This document shows positions 57,341 to 64,000 of a stretch of 64,000 nt of DNA, one piece after another; the first letter of the stretch is position 1; each line of letters starts with the position of its first letter. Made by a program: the position numbers and the translations under genes. Source of the DNA: the human T2T-CHM13v2.0 reference genome, Homo sapiens; assembly GCF_009914755.1 (NCBI RefSeq), contig NC_060939.1, one strand, 5' to 3'. The notes beneath the pieces were generated by a model that saw nothing but the letters and a program-made list of their open reading frames with translations, ran no database searches and was not told where the DNA came from.

Positions 57341-58796
57341 TACCAAGAAGCAACAACAACAAAAGGAATCCAAACAAGCAATATCTGCAGGCAGTGTGTG
57401 ATCCTTGATATAAACTATTCAGGAAATATGTATGAATGGATGAATAATGGATAAATGAATGAGGCATCAGCAGTGACTACAGTTTTTTGAAATATTCTGT
57501 AGCCTTGAGGTGGAGTTCATTGCTCTTCCTTTGGGATCCCAGAACACCTTTGTCACACCCCTAGGTTGCAGTCACCCTGTGGTGCTGCAATTTATCTGTT
57601 CCAATGTCTATGCCTCCTGCTGGACTATGGGCTTCTCAAGGGCAGGGAGTGAGTCTTAGTCATCATTATGCCCAGCACCTCTTACAGTGCAATTAAATGA
57701 TTTATTTGAATGAACTAGCCAAGAAATGATGTTCAGGAAGTCTCAAAATAACCTGCATCCTAACTGGACCATTTGTAATGTGTTCCTTCTTAAAGGGGTA
57801 TATTGTCAATTAAAATAATCCTGAAGTTAAGCTGGCCAAAGCCCTCCTTGTGCCAGGTTTGAGTTGGAATGTGGGTCGTGTAAGAAGGGAATGGAAAATC
57901 CTTCCCCTTTTAGTGTAACACCAATCAAATGAAAACCTGGGCAGGGTTTTGAAGAAGCGGGAGTAGGGCATCTCCTGCCCTGGAATAGGGAAGCAAGTTT
58001 AGAGAGAGCTCAGTGAGATGGACAGAGAGATGAGCTGCTTGGAACACAACTTTAAGGAGGAGGTGCAAGTGGTCTTGGCAAAAACGGACTTTTCTTAGGA
58101 ATAATCTTATAGCACCTTTGAATGCTATAATAATAGCATTATATAATAATATGTATATTATAATCTATAGCATCAAGGAGCATAAAGGTGCTAACACTTT
58201 CCATTTCTTCACTATTCTGTGTCCTCTTTTATTTGCTTTTCTACAGAGCACTTACTGCTGAAATTATTATGTATTTGTTGGCTATCTGTCTCCCCTACTA
58301 GAAGATTAGTAGCAGAGAACAGGGAGTGTTGTATCCCCAACACCTAGAACATAGTAGACCCTCCAAATATATTTTGGTTGATTGAATTTGAATATATATT
58401 TTTAAAATAGAAACATCTATTTTTGCTGAAAACTCCTCCTTCTGCTCCAGGTTTAAAAGCCTGAAAATCTGGATTTGTTCAGTCATTCACATTGGAGACT
58501 CAACAACCAGGAAATTTCAACCCTGTAAGTCATTAGTCATTATAACGATGGAACCTTCTAATAGTAAGTTGTGTGTTCTGTTTGCTCTTACAAAAGGCAG
58601 ATCTCCTTTCTCCAGGGTTCCTGCCCAAGTCAAAAGGCAGGGTTGTGAAGTGAGCAAAGCCTTTCACTTGGCCCAATCCATCTCCTTCGATGTCTTTCCC
58701 TGCTAAGTGGACTCCACCCCAGCAGATGGAGAGAGTCTCCATTGTCTCCATCCCCAAGATTCTATTCCCAGTCGGCTTAAAGTAAGCTGAACCAAG

Positions 58797-58967
58797 CTTG
58801 TGCCTGCTTCCCCTTTGCCTTCCACCATGATTGTAAGTTTCCTGAGACCTCCCCAGCCATGGCTCCTGTACAGCCTGCAGAACTGTGAGTCAATTAAACC
58901 TCTTTTCTTTATTAATGACCCAGTCTTGGGTAGTTCTTTATAACAATGTGAGAACAGACTAATACAC
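58797..58967. mobile_element. MSTA-like MaLR LTR, partial
   Basis: CCATGATTGTAAGTTTCCTGAG...GAACTGTGAGTCAATTAAACCTCTTTTC...GACTAATACA. Confidence 0.85.
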
Positions 58968-59464
58968 TGGGAAATGAGCTGCCTACAATTGTCCAAAGAA
59001 ATCTTTCAATTTCTCTGAAAAAAGTACTGGTCATCTGTGGGCAAGGAAAGTATGACAACCATCTGCATCCCGTGAGGCAGCTATGTACTGTCTCATTCCA
59101 ACAGTCCTACTCCCATTGAAAATCCCTTACACAGGGGAATTTGTTTGAACTAAGAGAGGTTTCATCTCTGCCTACAGACTTGAGCACAGACAAAGTCACC
59201 CAGCTGGAGGTCATCCCTGTGGCAAAAACTATACTGATAGCATTTGGAGAGCTATGACTTCTCCTAGGAATAACTTTACACCAATGTGTTGGGAGCCACA
59301 AATGGCTCTTTCTGCTGCTGGGCATGGCCAGAAAAGTTGTGCTATGTGATTCATCATGTGCCTTTGCACAAATAGAGATGTATATTCTGTTTAGTCGCAA
59401 AAGTATTATATCATTTGAGCCTCATAATGAAACTGTGATGAGACCTGAATAGGTAGGTGATCTC

Positions 59465-59602
59465 CTTTTTTATTTTTATTTTTGTAGAGATGGGGTCTCA
59501 TTATGTTGCCCAGGTGATCTCAAACTCCTCACTTCAAGTGAATTCTCTCACCTTGGCCTCCCAAAAACCTGGGATTACAGGTCTGAGCCACCACGCCTGG
59601 CC
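59465..59602 (-). mobile_element. FLAM (Alu left monomer) inside a MIR
   Basis: GTAGAGATGGGGTCTC...CCACGCCTGGCC with MIR-like flanks. Confidence 0.75.
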
Positions 59603-59823
59603 CTGATGCCTTTTTACAGATGGAAAAACTGATTCTCAGAGGTTCAATGCTGTGCTCAAGAGTCACAGGGCTGATTAATGGAGAATAACCCAGATCTTTT
59701 GATGTTTAAAGCTGCTGTTCCATGTCATCTTTCCGATCCTGACCTAAAGAAGTTTACCATCTAGGGGAGACTCATGCCTTGCATATATTATATATAGAAG
59801 ATAGTACTCTATCACACAGACAC

Positions 59824-59824
<1 letters not shown>

Positions 59825-59872
<48 letters not shown>
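59825..59872. repeat. (TAGA)12 tetranucleotide STR
   Basis: Read directly. Confidence 0.95.
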
Positions 59873-61084
59873 GATATAAATAATACACATATAGATCTAT
59901 CTATCCATATCATGAAGAGAAAGAGGAGTGGTAAGGCCAGACAACCCCTGTATGTAGCAAATGTTTTACACTATCCAATAACTTATAGTGACTTGACAAA
60001 AGATTGCTGCATCCAATACCTAAGACAGTAAGTATTGTGCTCAGTTTTATACTGTGTCAGCCATTCTGTGTTCTCTGAAAACAGGAATTGCTTTGTACAA
60101 CGGTGAATTCTCCTTGACCAAAATATTCCCAATATATCTTTGCAGAAATTCCTTGAGGGCTTGTATTTTATATTCAATTTTAATGTTGTTATTGAGATCT
60201 AAAAGTTGCAACCAATAGCTTTAACCCAAGTCTTTTGCGGGGAGGAGCAAGTGTTGGCACTGTAGCCAAGCCTCCTAAGAGACTTTTAAGATCTTTATCA
60301 CCATGTAGGCCTAATCCTAGGAAACCAGGAATGCTACTCTCTGTTGTTGGAGAAAGTCTTTAACCTGGTGGGACTGGTTCTCCGAAATGAAAATGAGAAT
60401 TGGAATACTGGCTTGCAAAAGCTGACCCTACTCAGATTAAGATGTTTTGTAATAGCAATTGACTACTCTCTCCTGATAGATCCAGCAAAATCCCAGGTTG
60501 TGTCAAAGTATTAATACATTCAGAAGAGAAGAAGCCTTAACAATGCAACTTACAGGAAGAACAACTGAATAATTGATCCCAGCAGCCGTTTAACTGGAGA
60601 CCTATGGTTTAAAAAGGCAAGCTTTCTCCTATTCCCTGGAAGGCCCTTATTCCTCTGAACACTTTATCCTCTATTATTTTCATTTCTCTATTTCCCTCAC
60701 TCCTTTCTTTTGTATTGTGGGAGTCATTAGTACCGTTCCACAAATATTTCCAATTCTTCATCTTCCCAGCACACAGCAGCATTGCACTTCTCCTGCCCCT
60801 TTGAAGTTGGGTACAGCACCTGATTCGGCCAATGATATCACTGTGGGAGTGATTTGTCACATGTCCTTTCTCTTGCAATTGGGGAGGCACAGATAGAAAG
60901 CCACCTTCAGCCTTTTTGCTGAGTGAGAATAACATACAGCAGATGCCCCAGCCAATGTGCTCGGACCATGACATGAGCAAGAAGTAAACCTTTTTGTCTA
61001 AGCCACTGAGATGTTGGCATTACTTGTTAACATAGAATGACCTGCCCTATCCTGACTGATACAATAACCATGAGAGGGGAGAAG

Positions 61085-61345
61085 GAATATGGCATACAGT
61101 CTAGGAGCATGGGCTTTGAGAATCAGAAGGGCCTGGGTTTGAATCTCAGCTTTACACGTACTGGCTGTGAAACCTTGGACAAATAACTTTAATTCTCAAA
61201 GCCTCAGTTTCCTCATCCATAAAACAAGAACAATAGTTTATGTGTTTCATAGGGTTATTGTGAGGATCCAATCAGGTAATGCATGTGTGGTGCTAAGCAC
61301 AGTGACTGGCACATACAAAGGTCTCAGCATATGTTCATCATTACA
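61085..61345. mobile_element. MIR (representative copy)
   Basis: MIR core GCCTCAGTTTCCTCATC. Similar copies at ~3060-3185, 5390-5620, 7465-7640, 9490-9660, 11585-11750, 12190-12440, 17310-17520, 36495-36690 and 47430-47660. Confidence 0.75.
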
Positions 61346-64000
61346 GTGGGATGACTATACTGCTGTTCCTGATTGTCTTCAGTTCTACCTGCCTCAGTAT
61401 GGGGAGCTGATAAACAAGCCTCAATTACTGTGCAGGGACCTTAATCAATGGCGCTCCATAGGAGTGTGATGAGCACTGGGATGCAAGGGGCTATGGGAGT
61501 GTGTCAGAGAGGCTCCAGACCAGCCTCAGGGAATCAGGGAAGAAGGGTCAGAGGAAGGACACTGGGGCGAGTTATGAAGGGCAGGCAATGAGAGGTGATG
61601 GTGGAGGAATTTCCAGACAATGGGCACAGCATGTGCAAGAGGTAAGGGCAAAAATAAGGGGTGGTCCAAAAATACCAAATACTTCAATATGACTAATGTC
61701 CAGGGATATGGATGAGATATCAGCAGGGGCTACATTTCATTAATCATCCAATTAACCATCTGCCCACACAATTCAATGAGCTCTTAGAGGGCAGAAGCTG
61801 GTTCTCATTTTCCCTTTTGTTCTTGGAGTCCAGCACAATATGTGACACACAGTAGGCTCTCAATACACTATGCTGAATGTCTGAGGACTGTAACCAAGTT
61901 TCAGGCCACCCTCGCTTAGATGTGACGCCAATTTCTTCTTATTCTTTCATGAGTTTCCCAACTACACTTCCACCCAGCCCACTTCTCAGACCCAAATAAA
62001 TAAAAGCTAAAAATACAGCTCAGGTCATGAATCATAAATGAGATGGAAGAGCAGTGACTCACAGAAGTTAATCTGCTTCCCAGGAGAGTCTTGCTGGATG
62101 TCCTCTGCTCTGAAAGGTTAGGCAAAAAGCCAGGATCATAGCTGTGCAGACAAAGCTAATCTAAAGACTAGGCCTGCCATTGGAAGCCCATCTGGTATTC
62201 CAAGGCTCCTAGGCAGAGATGCCAAGAGGCGGCAGCTCTGTGCAACCCATCATGGGGCAGCGGAAGGATGGGCCCAGACACAGATGCTGACAAGGTTGCT
62301 CTAGGTGTCTGCTAAGAACACCTTAAGCACAGGGCCCTGTCGATTTTCTCAGTGGCCCAACATATCCACCATCAAGTTGGTTATGGTTACTGCTGTAGCC
62401 AAGGCAATGCCCTTGCAGGATGGTTTAGTGAATGACCTACCAATTATATTTTGTATTCTTGTCTAGTTAAGTTGAGAATATGATCTAACCTAATAGTGAC
62501 ACTGTGTTTATGGTCTCTCCTGCCAACACATAATCCACTTACAATTGAACATTTTTGGGATATTTTGACCTTCATTCTCAATTATCAGCTCCTCAACAAA
62601 ATTAAATAATTATATCCTACACCCTAAAATCACACAAATCTGACTCAGCTTTCAGTACCTAGGATGTCGAGTTTCAGTTTAATTAAATATTTACTGGAGG
62701 AACTCTGTGTATTCACAAATGAGAGCATCTGCAAATACTGCCACAAGGTAGACAAACAGCAGCTCCATCAAACTTTCTTCTACTCCATTTTCCGTTTGAC
62801 TCAGCAGTGTCAAAGGCCAAAATTTTTGTCGTCAGTTACCATGTCTGGTCAAAGTTGATGTCCCTAGTAGCAGCATCAGTATGATGGTGGTTTCAATCTC
62901 CCCAGCGCTCTAGGACTTTGCATGTTCAATGTGTGGTCATGTCTGGAGACCATGTGGGCAAAGAACCTCATTGACGTCATTCTCCCTCTATGTCACAGCA
63001 CTGAAGTCCTAAATGAATGGTCAGTGTTCGTTATACTGAAACCATGACTCACATTAGTCATTCTCCCACATGGTGATAAACTGCTGAATTATGCTGTATT
63101 AGTTTTCAGCTTTTATGACTTCTTTGAAAAAGCAGCAGTCAACAATACGGCTTTGCGGAAATGCAGCTCAAATGTTAATCATTTCTCATTATACTTCTTT
63201 TTACATGAAACACAAGAGTTGTCTGTACCTGGAGCAGTGAATTCTGACTCCTGATAATATGACTAAAAGCACACCAGGGCTCGAAGGGACCTTAGAGATG
63301 ATCCATTCCAACTCCTCTACTTTTTGTGGATAAAAAATTAAATGGCTTATCTGATGTCACTCAGCATTTAAAGGGAAGGCAGAGAACAGTCTACTAAAGA
63401 CACAAAAGTCAGAGATGTACAAAGCGAATCAGAAGAGTATAAGACAGCAGCAGTCAAGTGTACACAGAGCTCCATGGAGGAAGAAGTTGTTGACTGAATT
63501 CAGGGCAGTGGAGAGGGTCAATAGGCTAAGGAACTGGAAAATGTTCATAGGAGTTTGGCAACTGTTGGCTTTTGTGGAACATTATCAGTGGAGTAGTCAA
63601 CGTAGAAGCCAGGTAGCAAGAGATTTAAAATTTGATATGGAGATGAGGCAGTGAACCGGTAAGCATAGTACTTTTGTTTTTGTTTTGAGAAATTGATATT
63701 TTAACAAGAGGGGCAAGATAAGCTTAGGGGAGGGTGTTATTTTAAGAGTAGAACAGATTTGAGCATGTTTATTGATAGAAAGTTTGACAGTAACAGGAGA
63801 AAAGAGAAATAATGGCGAGATCACAGTCCCTGGGGAGGCAGGAGTGAAGACTACCCATGAAATGTGAAAGACCTGATTCAAATAAATTATTTTAATTATG
63901 AATCAGATTCTCTCAAGCATTCAAATCAAGTAACTTTGAAAGTTGAAGATACAGTTGCCCTTTTCACATGTCTGGATACCTTTCTGGGAATCTTCTTTTG

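Noticed and set aside
62660-63250. Possible processed pseudogene or additional SHC4 exon
   Set aside because: No recognisable protein similarity, poly(A) or TSD, and the three identified exons already join in frame.

Overview
Primate, almost certainly human, genomic DNA from the SHC4/EID1 locus. The gene identities come from my recognition of the protein sequences. The window opens at a CpG-island promoter and the complete intronless EID1 coding sequence (386-949, +, 187 aa, C-terminal LxCxE motif). EID1 is nested antisense inside an intron of SHC4 (ShcD/RaLP), which runs on the - strand. Three small SHC4 PTB-domain coding exons that the ORF track misses can be read directly, with canonical splice sites: 47116-47186, 12949-13012 and 6449-6568. 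The rest is intronic and repeat-rich: about 25 Alu copies or fragments, a ~6.6 kb near-full-length degenerate L1PB inserted into an Alu, older L1M, L2, MIR, MER and MaLR fragments, and microsatellites. I found no evidence for a new protein-coding system; nearly all other ORFs are repeat-derived or chance. The best unexplained signals are structural: (1) a 177-bp, 97%-identical inverted duplication of ancient L2 sequence; (2) a 93-nt near-perfect hairpin built from locally templated segments; (3) a 50-bp MIR-like fragment captured inside a much younger L1, with a 7-bp duplication; (4) inverted AluY copies bracketing a frameshifting SHC4 exon; (5) a possible antisense SHC4 first exon at the EID1 promoter; (6) an AP-1/CRE motif cluster. 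Repeat boundaries and subfamily names are by-eye estimates.
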